From assembly GCA_024137785.1 (NCBI GenBank), contig JAHRHZ010000107.1:1-64000 (forward strand): a stretch of DNA of 64,000 nt. Reading direction: 5' to 3'. Positions 39,633 through 52,300 of this stretch are shown here, in pieces (the first letter of the stretch is position 1; each line of letters starts with the position of its first letter). The DNA comes from Ginglymostoma cirratum. Lineage: Eukaryota. Under the pieces are notes generated by a model, which saw only the letters and a list, made by a program, of their open reading frames with translations, was not told the origin of the DNA and did no database searches. The translations under genes and the position numbers were made by a program.

Positions 39633-40905
39633 ATAGGAGTACTGTACTGTTACAACAGTACTATTTTCTACACATTTACAAATTTGAAATCTTTCATAAC
39701 TGGGGAAATTCGAAGAAAAAGTGGCTACAGCAACGGCACCCTTTACAAGGTTAAAGCTGTGCACTGATAGAAAACACATCACAGATTGATTCAATGATTT
39801 GTGACGAATGAGCATGTCTTCATGCTGTATTTTTCTCTGTTGGTCTTTTAGCCAGGCCAAAGTTCTTGCAGGTTTTAGCAGTAGGGTATTTATAGGTCTC
39901 CCATCCCTTCTCATATTTGTGTTTGCGAAATCGTGGGGTTGATAGTCTTTGAAATGCAGCCTCTGCACATCAAACATTCGCAAAAGAAAATCACTTCCGT
40001 CATTCGCAGAGCAAATGTATGATTTCTTGAGTTTGCCCTCGTTAACCACCCACATCTTCTTGGAGATTTCAATCACGATGTCTTTAAGTTGCATCTTTTG
40101 ACATCTCCTGTTCTCTGTTCATCTCTTCAATGGCCTTCACCTTTAGAATGTCAAACTTATGAGCAGAAATAGTCCATTCAGCCCATCGAATCTGCTCCGG
40201 TATTCAATAAGGCCAAGGCTAATCTGATCATCCTTAACTTCATTTTCCTCACTATTCCTTATTGCCATTGATTCTTTTACTGCGTAAAAATCTGTCCATC
40301 TCAGCCTTAAAAATACTTAATAACCCAACATCGACAGCCCTTAATGGCAAGAAATTCGACAGATTCACAAACTTCTGAGAGAAGAAGTTCTTGCTCATCT
40401 CTACCTTAAGTACATAACCCATTACACTGATGATGTCCAGTCGTCCTCGGCTCTCCCACAAGGGGAAACAACCTTTCCACATTTATCCTGCCAAATTTCC
40501 CGAGAATTGCAAGTGATTCGACAAGATCACCTCTCATTCTTCTCAACTTCAACTAGCATGTGCCCAATATATTAATTAGATATGAAAATCATCCTTCAAT
40601 ATCGGAGAAAAACCTCATGAAACGTCTCTGGAATGTCTTCAATTTCAAAACAACGTTCTATAGATAAGGGGATCAAAAACTGTTCGCGGTATTGCTGCTG
40701 TTCCTGATTATTGCCTTCGAGAGTTTTAGCAAGAACTCCTTACACAGTTCATAAGAAAGATATGTGAGTTAATTTGCAGGTGTTGATACTTTTCACATGT
40801 GACAGGGTTTGTCCCCAATTTGCATAATGACCTACTTATGGAAAGAAGAGTTGAGAAGTAAGTCATTCACCACGCCTTGCTTAAAAATAACTACTTACTA
40901 ATTAT

Positions 40906-41415
40906 GAGGTAACAAGGTGCAGAGCTGGATGAAAACAGCAGGCCAAGCAGCNNNNNNNNNNNNNNNNNNNNNNNNNNNNNNNNNNNNNNNNNNNNNNNNN
41001 NNNNNNNNNNNNNNNNNNNNNNNNNNNNNNNNNNNNNNNNNNNNNNNNNNNNNNNNNNNNNNNNNNNNNNNNNNNNNNNNNNNNNNNNNNNNNNNNNNNN
41101 NNNNNNNNNNNNNNNNNNNNNNNNNNNNNNNNNNNNNNNNNNNNNNNNNNNNNNNNNNNNNNNNNNNNNNNNNNNNNNNNNNNNNNNNNNNNNNNNNNNN
41201 NNNNNNNNNNNNNNNNNNNNNNNNNNNNNNNNNNNNNNNNNNNNNNNNNNNNNNNNNNNNNNNNNNNNNNNNNNNNNNNNNNNNNNNNNNNNNNNNNNNN
41301 NNNNNNNNNNNNNNNNNNNNNNNNNNNNNNNNNNNNNNNNNNNNNNNNNNNTGTGTTCATCCAGCTCTGCACTTTGTTATCTCAGATTCTCCAGCATCTG
41401 CAGTTCATGCTGTCT
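40906..41415. mobile_element. Penelope-type inverted-terminus insertion spanning the assembly gap, 15-bp TSD
   Basis: CTACTTACTAATTAT at 40891-40905 and 41416-41430. The arms on either side of the Ns are reverse complements of the Penelope terminus. Confidence 0.75.
40952..41351. other. Assembly gap (400 N)
   Basis: Run of N. Confidence 1.
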
Positions 41416-42485
41416 CTACTTACTAATTATAATGTGTACCCTGGTTTCAGCTGAATGCCAGATTTGATGTGAACATTATTGCTCTTTATATCAAGATCGA
41501 CACTGATCAAATGCAGAGTCAATGACGTCGACCAAGATTGGAGTCAATGAGAGCCAGATAGAAAACTACCTGTTTGCTCGCATGATAGCTGGAAACTGAG
41601 GTTGTTTTGAGCAGTTGGAGATCAGTCATATCAGCTCCAGAACATCTCTGTTGAAGTCCTTCAGGGAAATGACCTTGGCTGAACTACCTTCATCTGATTC
41701 ATCAAAGACCACCCCCCACCCCCCCCAATCCCCATCGTAAGGTCAGAAGTAGGGATATTGACTGATGATTGCTCAACGTTCAACACCATTCACGGCTCTT
41801 CAAATACTCAGGCAGTCCACGTCCAAATGTAACAAGACGTGAATCCACAGCCAGCTTTGGGCTGACACGTGGCAAGGAACATTCCCACGACACAAATGCC
41901 AGGCAATGGCTATCTCCAACAAAAAATGTCTGTAAATTGGCTCGAGACATTCAGTGATATTACCATTGCAGGATCCCCAATGTCGACAAACTGAGCGTTA
42001 TCATTAGCCAGAACCTGAACTTGTCGTACAATATAAATAGAGTAACCATGCCAACACATCAGAGGCTAGAAATCTGAGCGAGTAACTACAGGATGGTGCA
42101 TTTTCTCCGGATGTCAAAGATATCATGATGAGGCTGCAGAATTCCTTCTCAGGAAGCGAGTACAGACAGAAGCCACTGTCCTCATTGGTACCAACAACAG
42201 AGAAAGGAAGAAGAATGAAGTCCAGAAGACAGATTTCAGCGAGTTAAAAAGGAAATTAAAAGGCAGATCCTCAAAGGTACTAATCTTAGGATTATTCTCT
42301 GCCGTGTGCTAGTGACTATAAGAATAGAAGAATTGATTAGTTACACATGTGTTTGGTAGTGGAGAGAGGAAAGTGGATTTTTGAGTATTTCGGAACAACG
42401 AAGCATCAGGTTGGTCGGTGTAATCTGAATGTACTGTGTTTTCACTGGCCGAGCCAAATCCTTGCTTCAAACAATAGTGATAAAT

Positions 42486-42687
42486 TAGAGACAGTAAGGA
42501 CTGCGAATGCTGGAAGCCAGAGTCAATATTTGTGGAGCTGGAAAAGCATAGCTGTCACTGAGCATTCGAGGAGATGGAAGGTCAATGCTTTCGCTCCTGA
42601 GAAAGGGTTTCGACTCAGAATGTTAATTTTCCTGCTCCTCAGAAGCTGTCTGACCTGCTGTGCTTTTCCAGCTCCAAACTAATTGGC
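42486..42687. mobile_element. Short hairpin Penelope-type insertion with a 10-bp TSD
   Basis: AGTGATAAAT at 42476-42485 and 42688-42697; arms tggagctggaaaagcatag / ctgtgcttttccagctcca. Confidence 0.65.
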
Positions 42688-43434
42688 AGTGATAAATGGC
42701 TCTGGAGATTTCTCATCGTGATATCAATGTTGCCTCCGTCGAAACACCTTTTTCTAATATGTTTTAAAATGCTCAGTCGACTAGCTATCGAAATTAGCTA
42801 GCAAACAACTGGCCGTGTCAGATGCAATATGGCAACACTGCATATTGTTCAAAATGCATATCTCAACTACATTAGTTTGTGGTATCAAGAAGTGGCTGAA
42901 AGCACTGAACACCGCAAAGGCGACTGATGTCGCCAATGTCCAAGATATGTTCTCCGAAACTGGCAACTTCCCTACAAACTTTCTTCCAGTATAATTAAAA
43001 TACTCTCGTCATACAGCAGTGGAGAAACCGACCAATATATATTCTGTCATGAATTACAAGGCAAATGCGAAACAGAAGTTATCACCACAGTTGACTGTTG
43101 TCAGTTATGAAAATAATGAAGGACCATCTCGGCGACAGTGTGCTTAACAATAACATGCCCTCCAGCTCTCAGTTTGTCACTTCATTACAAACGTATCCAA
43201 AGCAGACATTTATATGGCTTGTCTATTTCAATTTCTGGTCAATCGTAACTCGCAGGATGTTGGTATTCAGTGACTGTAATGCCATTGCATCTCAAATGGG
43301 GACAGGTAAATTCTTCCTTGTTGTAGATGGTCGTTGGCTGGATCTCAGTACATTTGAAATCCACAAAAGTAAAAACAAAATCAGTGAAAACATCATCTGA
43401 AATCTGATTCTTTGTTTCATGAAAGGGATGTGCA

Positions 43435-43560
43435 ATCGAGATATGAATATGCATAGACAATCTTTCTCTCTATGTATATATAGTACAGGCGCAAGTGTGT
43501 GATATCTATGTATATACATTTCTCGCTGTGTGTATGTGCACACATACATACGTACAAATA
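43435..43560. repeat. Degenerate (TA/TG/CA) low-complexity microsatellite
   Basis: tatgtatatatag..tgtgtatgtgcacacatacatacgtac. Confidence 0.5.
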
Positions 43561-44074
43561 TTCATTTCTGTCACATTTCGAACGTATTCGGTCGGTACCT
43601 TAACTTCATTGCCCTATTTCTCCCAGATTCTTTAACGACCTATGCTGACACAGAATCATCGAGGTCTATAGCACAGTAAAATGCCAGTCCCACCATCTTG
43701 GGAACAAGTATGGTCACCCTTCTTTGCGCTCCCTATATGGAAATAATATTTTCCAGCGTTAAGGAGTAAAAGATTCACACAATACTCCAGGTGAGGTCGA
43801 AAAATGCTCCTAGACTAACAAGGCAACACTTCAAAATTCCTGTCATCAATTTCTGTTGTGATAAAGGCTGAAATTCCATAACTTGTCGAACAGCTTGCTG
43901 CAAATGTATGTTAGTGTTGATTGTCTTATGGTAAAGGACACCCAAAACCTGTTTTACTTCTTCATTCTCCAACATTTCATCGTTTAACAAATATTCTGGA
44001 CGTTGATTCTTTCTGCAAGAGTGGGTAACTGTTCATTTTCTCAGGGTTTCTTTTTCCCATCTGCCATGATCAGT

Positions 44075-45610
44075 GATAGAATATAGAACAGAACAGCACA
44101 GTGCAGGCTCTTCAGCCCACGATGTTGTGCCGAGCTATTATCCTCCTCTAAGATCAAACTATCCTGCTTACCGTACAATTTACTATCATACAAGTGCCTA
44201 TCGAAGAGTCGCTTAAATGTCCCTAATGTATCTGACTCCACGACCACCGCTGGCAGCTCATTCCGAGTACACACTACTCTCTGTGTAAAGAACCTAAGGT
44301 TGACATCTCCCCATGCCTTCCTCCAATCATCTTGAACTTATGCTCCCTCTTAATAATCATTTCCGCTTCAGGAAAAATTCTCTGGCTATCCACTCTATCT
44401 ATGCCCCTCATCATCATGTACAACTCTATCAAGTCACCTTTCATCCTTCTTTGCTCCAATGAGAAAATTCCCAGATCCCTCAACCTTTCCACATAAGACC
44501 TGCCCTCCAGTCCAGGCAACATCCTGGTAAATCTCTTCTGCACCCTTTCTAAAGCTTCCACATCCTTCCTAAAATGAGGCAACCAGAACTGCTCTCAATA
44601 TTCCAAGTGTAGACTAACCAGGGTTTCATAGAGCTGCAGCATAACCTCACGGCTCTTCAACTCAATTCCCCTGCCAATGAAAGCCAACACACCGTATGCC
44701 ATCTTAATGATCCTGTCAATTTTGGTAGCAACTTTGAGGGATCTATGGATGCGGACCCCCAGATCCCTTTGTTCCTCCACACTGCTCAGAATCCTGCCAT
44801 TAACCCTGCATTCTGCATTCAAACTCGACCTTCCAACATGAATCACTTCACACTTTTCTGGGTTGAATTCCATCTACCACTTCTTTCCCCATCTCTACAT
44901 CCTCTCAATGTCCCGTTGCAACCTATAACAGCCCTACATGCTATCCACAACTCCACCATCCTTCGTGTCATCGGCAAACTTACTAACCCACCCTTCCACT
45001 TTCTCATCCAAGTCATTTATAAAGGTCAAAGAGCAGAGGTCCCAGAACAGATCCCTGCGGAACACCACTGGTCACTGAGCTCCAGGCTGAATACTTTCCA
45101 ACTACTACCACCCTCTGTCTTCTACTCGACAGCTAATTCTGCATCCAGTCAGCCAGATTTCTCTGAATCCCATGCCTCCTTACTTTCTAAATGACCCTCA
45201 AATGGGGAACCTTCTCAAATGCCTTGCTAAAATCCATATACACCACATTCACTACTCTGCCTTCATCAATGTGTTTTGTCACATCCTCAAAGAATTCGAT
45301 AAGACTTGTGAGGCATGATCTGCCCCTCACAAAGCCATGGTGACTATTTCTTATCAAACTGTGCATTTCCAAATAATCATAGATACTATCACTCAGAATC
45401 CTCTCCAATAATAAGCCCACCACAGAAGTAAGACTGACTGTTGTGTAATTACCAGGACCATCCCTTTTCCATTTTCTTGAAAAAGGGAATAACATTTGCC
45501 ACCCTCCAATTGTCTGGTACTACTCCAGTGTACAGCGAGGAAGCAAAGATCATCGCCAAACGCGCAGCAATCTCTTCCCTCGCTTCCAGTAGTAACATTG
45601 GGTAGATCCA
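44075..45610 (-). mobile_element. Relatively young CR1 LINE, RT plus 3' end
   Basis: Long near-consensus peptides: PGNYTTVSLTSVVG..HGFVRGRSCLTSLIEFFE..YMDFSKAF, MEFNPEKCEVIHVG, ALERVQKRFTRMLPGL; (agaac)n tail. Confidence 0.92.
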
Positions 45611-46453
45611 AGATTGATTTAGGATGAATTAGCAGAGCAGCATTGGCGATTTTACTTCATGCTCCGAGTATCCAGATCAAAGATCTCGAGTGAGCCTTGA
45701 ACATTTTTTCAGCTTCTGCAGCTACTTCAAAGCTTGGTCTTTGTGAAATTCTAGGTTTCAAGTTTTGTAAGCCCTTAAAAAAGTCCTCTAACATTGTCAA
45801 CTTGATACAAATCGTTCCAGAGATGTTATGCGGGGGTATTCGTGTGGCCGGCCTTTTCTAACAATCTGCATCTTCTTGGAGGTATCAGCCACGATATCAA
45901 TAACTTGCACGTTACGTTATTTCCTGTATGCTGTTTATCTCAGTTCACCAATTCCGATTTTATATGGTTGAGAGGAATCCTGACCAGAGACATCAATTTT
46001 AATCAAAAGTGTGGAACCTGTTTCTCGTGGATGGGTTCGCCCCTAATTTACAGTATGTTTCAACTTTTTGGATCCTTAAGAGATAATATTTAATAAGTAT
46101 TGACGTGCCTGAAGAATGTGATTGCGTACTATCAATGTAGTTGGATTGTCAATTTTGGATTGATAGCATGAAACAGATCTTAATCCATTGTTTAAATTGT
46201 GTGGCTTTCAAGACAAGCGATTATTTACGATCTACATTTTGTGACAGAAAGCTGGTTGTTGTAAAACATCGTCCAGCTTCGCGACTGCAGAGTACTGATC
46301 GCTTCATGTACAATGGCCTCAGATCAGCCAACTATGAGGTTTTGAAACATTGTAATTGTATCTCCACACAATTTACTGTGTGATTCATATTTGATATTTA
46401 ATTTCAATTTTGTGCTGTGACATTTATTTCCAGTACTTTTGGGGTTTTGTCAT

Positions 46454-46770
46454 GGGGGGACGGCTCAGTGGCTAGCACCGTTGCCTCACAGCTCCAGGGG
46501 CCCAGGTTCAATTCCACCCCAGGAAACTTTCTGTGTGGAGTTTGCACATTCTCCCCATGTCTGCATGGGTTTCCTCCAGGTACACCTGTTTAGTCCCACA
46601 GTCCAGAGATATGCAGGTTACGTGAATTGACCATCCTAAATTGTGCATAGAGCTCAGGGATGTGTAGATTAGGTGGGTTATAGGGGTTGGGTCTGGATGG
46701 GATGCTCTGAGGGTCAGTGTGGACTTGTTGGGCCAACGAGCCTGTTTCCACATTTTCGGGATTCTGTGAT
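46454..46770 (+). mobile_element. HE1-type tRNA-derived SINE
   Basis: cggctcagtggctagcaccgttgcctcacag (A-box), ggttcaattcc (B-box), core tgtgtggagtttgcacattctcccc, CR1-derived tail. Confidence 0.88.
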
Positions 46771-47439
46771 TAATTTCATCTGCCACAATTCTAATAATGC
46801 TGATACGTACACAAAAACTGAATAATGTTGATTCTTGTTTAACTCCAAAACTGAGATTTCATTTTAAAAAGTATATTTTTCAGGATGCAAAAGCAAAATT
46901 GAGATTTCTAACAATCTGTTAGTCGACTTGATGCCAACGACCAATTACTTTGACAGCAAATTGTGTTTGAGATATGAAATGAAACAGTGGAGTCTCGTTC
47001 AAATTGACTTCACACTCCTAACCTGTAATAAATAATTGCCAAACAGATTGAATTGATTCAAAGTGAACTCAGCGTGAGGGACAGAAATCAAAACATTTTT
47101 GTGTTATCAAGAAATGGTTGGAAGCTCTGGACACAGCAAAGGCTGTTGTCATTGCAAATGTCCAGGCAGTGGTTACAAAGTTATAATGCTTGAAAACTGG
47201 CCACTTTTCTTCATCAGCTCTTCCAGTCGAACTAAAATGCTGTCATCTTCCAGAAACGCAGAAACCTGCCCAGATAGATTCTGTCCAGGAATACAGGACA
47301 AAAGCAAAAAAACGCAGAAATATAACACTCAAGTTGTTGGTTGTTATTTATTTCAAAAAATAGGACAATCTCAGCAACAGTGTGATTAACAATAACATGC
47401 TCCCCGGCTCTCAGTTTGTGTTCTCATTACAACCTTACC

Positions 47440-48345
47440 CCAAATATGTATTTACTCGGCTCGTCAATTTCAATTTCTGGTCAATGCTGATGCCCAGGAT
47501 ATTTGTAATGGGGGAATCAGTGACTGTAATGCTGTCAAGTAATGACAGCTAGATGCTTTCTAGTTCCAAATGGTCATTGGCTTACAATGTGAGGTGCGAA
47601 TGTCATTGTCAATTTTCAGCCTCAACCTGGGCATTTTCCAGGTCGTACTGCATTTGGCCACCGATTCTTTCAGTTTCCAAGACGTTATAAGTTTTGCTGA
47701 ATATTGTGTTGTCTTCAGCGAACATCCACACTGCTGACCTTCGGGTGACTGATGAAGCTGCTGAAGATGGTTGAGTATACAATGCTACCCCGAGTAATTC
47801 CTGCCGAGATGTCCTGGAACTGAAATATCCAATCTCCAATCGTCACAATCATCTTCGTTTGTACTAAGTATAACTCCAACCAGTGAAGATTTTTGATTCT
47901 CATCGAGTTCCAGTTTTGTGGGGGCTTCATACTTCTAAGTATGATAAAACGTGGCCTTGATATGAAGGACTGTCTCTTCCACCTCACCTCTGGAATTCAG
48001 CTCCTTTGTCCATTGAACTGAGGCTGAACTGACATAAGGATCTTAGTAGTTTTGGCAGAAGGCCAAAGTCACTGCTCAGCAGGTGATTCTTTTCAACACT
48101 GTTGAAGACCCCGTCGATCACTTTACCAATGATCGAGATTTTACTGATAGGGTGGTAATTGCGTCGAGTTGGAACAGGAAAGAGCCAGATAATTTTCATC
48201 GTTGCTGGGTAGGTGCAAATGTAGTGGCTGTACTGGAACTGCTTGTTTCGTGGCATGGCAGATTTTGGAGCACAAGTGTTCAGTACAATTGTTACAATGT
48301 TGTCAGGCCTCATAATCTTTGCAATATCCAGAGCCTCCAACCATG
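47440..48345 (-). mobile_element. L2-like LINE RT remnant
   Basis: NYHPISKISIIGKVIDG, QDISAGITRGSIVYSTIFS and MFAED peptides. Confidence 0.7.
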
Positions 48346-49859
48346 AATCGAAACTGAACATTTACATCTTCGATTCCTGTGCATCTGCAGGAGCAGAAAT
48401 TGAAGAAGAAAGCTAACCACCTTCTCACGTGCAACAAGGAATGGGCATAATTGTTAGCTCAGCTGTGATATCTACATACCACGAAATAACATCAATTAGA
48501 AAAGAGGAGCACGCTAATTTACAATCAACAGCATCTTCAATGCGCACCTTTCTTTTGACAGAAATTGACAGGACGAACTTGAAATGACAAGAAGCACCAA
48601 GTGTACTTCTAAGCTTGCTATAATATCGCCATTCGTGTTCTCTCCCGAATTTAAGAAGCTGTAATAGAATTTTCTGACAGAAATGTGGAAGTTTCTCCTG
48701 ATAGGATGAAGTACTTGAAGAAGATGTCATGCCAGTACTTTCTCAAGTGTAATTTTGGAACTGTAACTAAAACACGACTTGCCAGTGTCGCTTATTTACA
48801 AAGATTTAGTTCAAATAACAATGAATAAAAGCTTATTACTCTATCTAAAAGAAGTCACAGTGTATTGTGTGGCCAATATGCAACTAATAACAGCTAGCGT
48901 GCATGCTCTCCGTCAGGATCTGTTTGGTGACAAATTCTCCATCGTTATAAATTGAAAAGATTGTTCTGCACAGTAACCGATGTGAGGAACGTACAGTTAT
49001 TGATTGTAAGGGAGCGGGAAGGTAATGGCAATAAGAGACAAGAAATGTGCTAGTTCCTTCTTTTAGTTCCCTTGTGACACAGAAACTTTGCTCTAAATGT
49101 GACATCGGGGCGAACCCGACTGCTTATTGCGGTAAACACCGCAAATATTGATTGGCTGAACTCCAGGTCGTATTTACTTTCAGAAAATTTAAACATTTGA
49201 AACTGTATGAATCCATTTCATGGATTGCTGTCGATTAGCTTGTTTAATTGTGTTCTTTCATCAAATACAATCTATCAAGTCGTGTGCGTGAGGTAATGAG
49301 AGTCGTTATTACACAAAAGAACTTACATCTACAAATGGAAGTTTCACCATCTCGTGCCAACTGGAGAGCTTCACAAACAATAAGTATTTCTATAGGGACT
49401 GCAGTGTAAGAAATACTTTTAGATATCCAGTTATACACTCGGAGACCAATTCTAAATATTATTTCCGCTTCCAGTTGGATATTTATTTCTTGTTTACTAT
49501 TCTCCCAACAACATCCAGAATTGCTGACGCATTTTAGATTGCTCCCTGCATGAAACTCCGTATTTGTTAAGAATTCTAAGCATTCTCGCTAAAGCCATGA
49601 AAACATTTTGGTTGGAATAGGTATCCAGGAATAATGATTTGCTGTAGTTTCTGAATCGAGACAGATTTACGGGCGTTCTGGCGAAGATTTGAACGTTCCA
49701 TGTAAACGTTTTTGTGGATTGACATAACGTTAGCTTTCTGTGCGCGCCTGACAAGTGGATGAATGATTGTAAATACTGGAAAATTAGATCAGAATTATGA
49801 TCCTAAAAAACTGCCTATGTTCATATACTTGAAATGAACCTGCAAAATCTATCAATAAA

Positions 49860-52300
49860 AACCATAAGACCTTAAGAAATAGGAGTAAGAATAAAGTCAT
49901 TCAGCATATTCGAGTTTACTTTGTCATTTGATCATGGCTGATATGCTTTTCAACACCATTCTGCTGCCTTCTCCCCGTAACACCTGATGCTCTTGCTAAT
50001 TTCGACCCGAACTCTCTCTTAAATGCACTCAATGACTTGTGCCACAGACTTCTGTGCTAATTCATTCCACAGGTTCACCCCATTCTTGCTGAAGAAATTC
50101 CTCCTCATCTCAATACTAAAGATTGTCCCTTCAGTTTGCGTCGAAGTCTCTTCGACAAGTGGAATTATCTTCTCCACGTCTAATCTAAACAAGTCTCTTA
50201 GTATTCTGTAAGATTCAATGAGATCCCCCCTCATCCTCAAAATTGCATTGAATCAGATTAAGGGTCCTCAACTGCTCTTCATATGATAAGCCATTCATCC
50301 ACTGGAATACTCTTTTGAACCACCTGTTGACCCCTTCCGATGCCAGCACGTCCTTCCTTCGGTACGGAACTCAAAACTGCTCACAATATTCCAAATGTGG
50401 TCCTTGTACAGCCTCAGAGGGATATCCCTGCTCTTGTATTCTCGTCCTGTTGATATTAATGCTAACATTGCATTTCCCTTCCTACTTGCCACCTGCATGT
50501 TAACCTTAAGGGAATCCAGAACTAGGAACCCCAAATTCCTTTGTGCTTCAGATTTCAGAAGTCTTTCCCCATTTAGAAATGGTCTACGTCTCTATTCTTC
50601 CAGCCAAAATTCATAACCTCACATTATATTCCATCTACCAGTTCTTTGCTATTCCCCAGTCTGTCAAAGTCCAATTGCAGCCTCCCTGCATCCACAACAT
50701 TACCTGTCCCTCCACTTATCTTTGTGTCATCTGCCAACTTGGCAAAAATGCCCTCAGATTCTTCATCTGGGTCGTTTATGAATAACGTGAATAGTTATGG
50801 TTCCAATATTTATACCTGTGGAACTCCAATTGGCACTGTTTACCATCCTGAAATAGATATCTTTATCCCCACTCTTTGCCTCTGCCAGTTCGTCAACCCT
50901 GTATATATGCAAGTACGTTGCCCCAACTACCAATCTCTTATCGTATTTAGCAGCCTCCTATTCTTATCAAAAGCTTTCTGGAAATCCAAATAGATCACGT
51001 CCACTAGTTCTCCTTTGTCTAACGTACTGATTACCACATCAAAGAATTCTAACAGATTTGTGAGGCATGACTTTGCAATGATGAAGCCGTGCTGACCCAG
51101 CCCTATTTTACCAAACACATACAAGTACTTTGCAATCTCGCCTTGAATAATTGACTCGAAAATGTTACCAAAGACTGAGGTCAAACTTATTGACCTACAA
51201 TTTTCTGTTTTCTCACTCCCTCCCTTCTTCAGCAGGTGTGTTACATTCGTCAATTTCTCGCCCTCCCAGACTACACTTCTTCCTGAAAGATCGTCACCAA
51301 TGTCCCCATGATCTCCTCAGCTTTCTGCTTCAGAACTTTGGAGTTTGGTGCATCTGGTACTGGTGATTTATCCATCGTCTGACCAATCAGCTTCGCCAGC
51401 ACCTTCTCCTCAGTGATGGATTCGACACACACGCTTGTTCTTTGACTCTCTTGAAGTTTTGGTATATTACTGGAGTATTCCACGGTGAGGGTTGATGCAA
51501 AGCACCTATTCAGTTCCTGTGAATTTTTTTCGTCCGAATTACTGCTTCTCCAGACTCGCTTCCCAGTGGTCTCTGTTACCTTCTATATATCTAAAATATC
51601 TCTTGTCATCTCCTTTTGCATTACAAGCTAGATTATTCTCACATTTCATTTTCTTCCCCTTTTTGTTAGCTTTCCACTGCTGCTTTTCGAGATTTCCTAA
51701 TCCTCTCGTTTCCCACATAATTCATTTATTGTAAGCTTTATCTTTTTCTTTTCTGCTGCGTCTGATTACCCTTGTCAGCCATGATTACCTCGTCCTCCAC
51801 AGAGTATGTTTCTTCTTCCTTGGGATGAATTTCTGCCGTACCTCCTGAATTATCGCAGAAGCTCCTGCCATTGTTTCAGCAGTATCTTCATGCTATTGTT
51901 CCCTTCCAGTACAGTCTGGACAGCTCCTCTGTCATATCTGAATACCCCTCACATCAATTGTAAAGCCAAGACATCTGATTCAAGCTTCTCCCTCTCAAAA
52001 CATCGGCTGAATGACATCCGAGTCCAGCTATTTACCTCGAGGAGTTCCTTCATTTGAGCTTCCAGTCAAGTACTCCCCAACGGATATCACCAAATCCATA
52101 ATTTCCTGTACTCTACTGGGCTGTACCACAAGCTTCACCAAAAATAACCTCCTAGACATCGCATGAATTTCTTTCCTTGGGATTTGCTACCAACATGATT
52201 TTCCCAGTCTGGCTGCATATTGAATTCCCCCAAGATTATTGTAAGTGTGCCTTTCGTACATCCTTTATGTGTTTCCTGATTTATTTTCTGCTCCAGATAT
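49860..52300 (-). mobile_element. CR1-clade LINE remnant
   Basis: QHGFIIAKSCLTNLLEFFD..YLDFQKAFD and DKSPVPDA peptides; accataagacc tail. Confidence 0.88.

Larger units (their letters stand above)
34560..42870 (+). repeat. Copy B of the tandem segmental duplication
   Basis: See copy A. Unique-sequence blocks and TE junctions are shared in the same order and orientation. Confidence 0.8.

Noticed and set aside
39432-40094. Longest ORF (220 aa, minus strand) as a novel gene
   Set aside because: No recognisable domain. Its end runs into an antisense CR1, and the paralogous sequence at ~22850-23300 has an in-frame stop after EGKLKISCK.
40902-41426. ORFs spanning the N run
   Set aside because: Artefacts of translating the gap.
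46454-46530. tRNA gene
   Set aside because: The A and B boxes belong to a SINE head that continues into the HE1 core and a LINE-derived tail. The same applies at 24948, 56669 and 14026.
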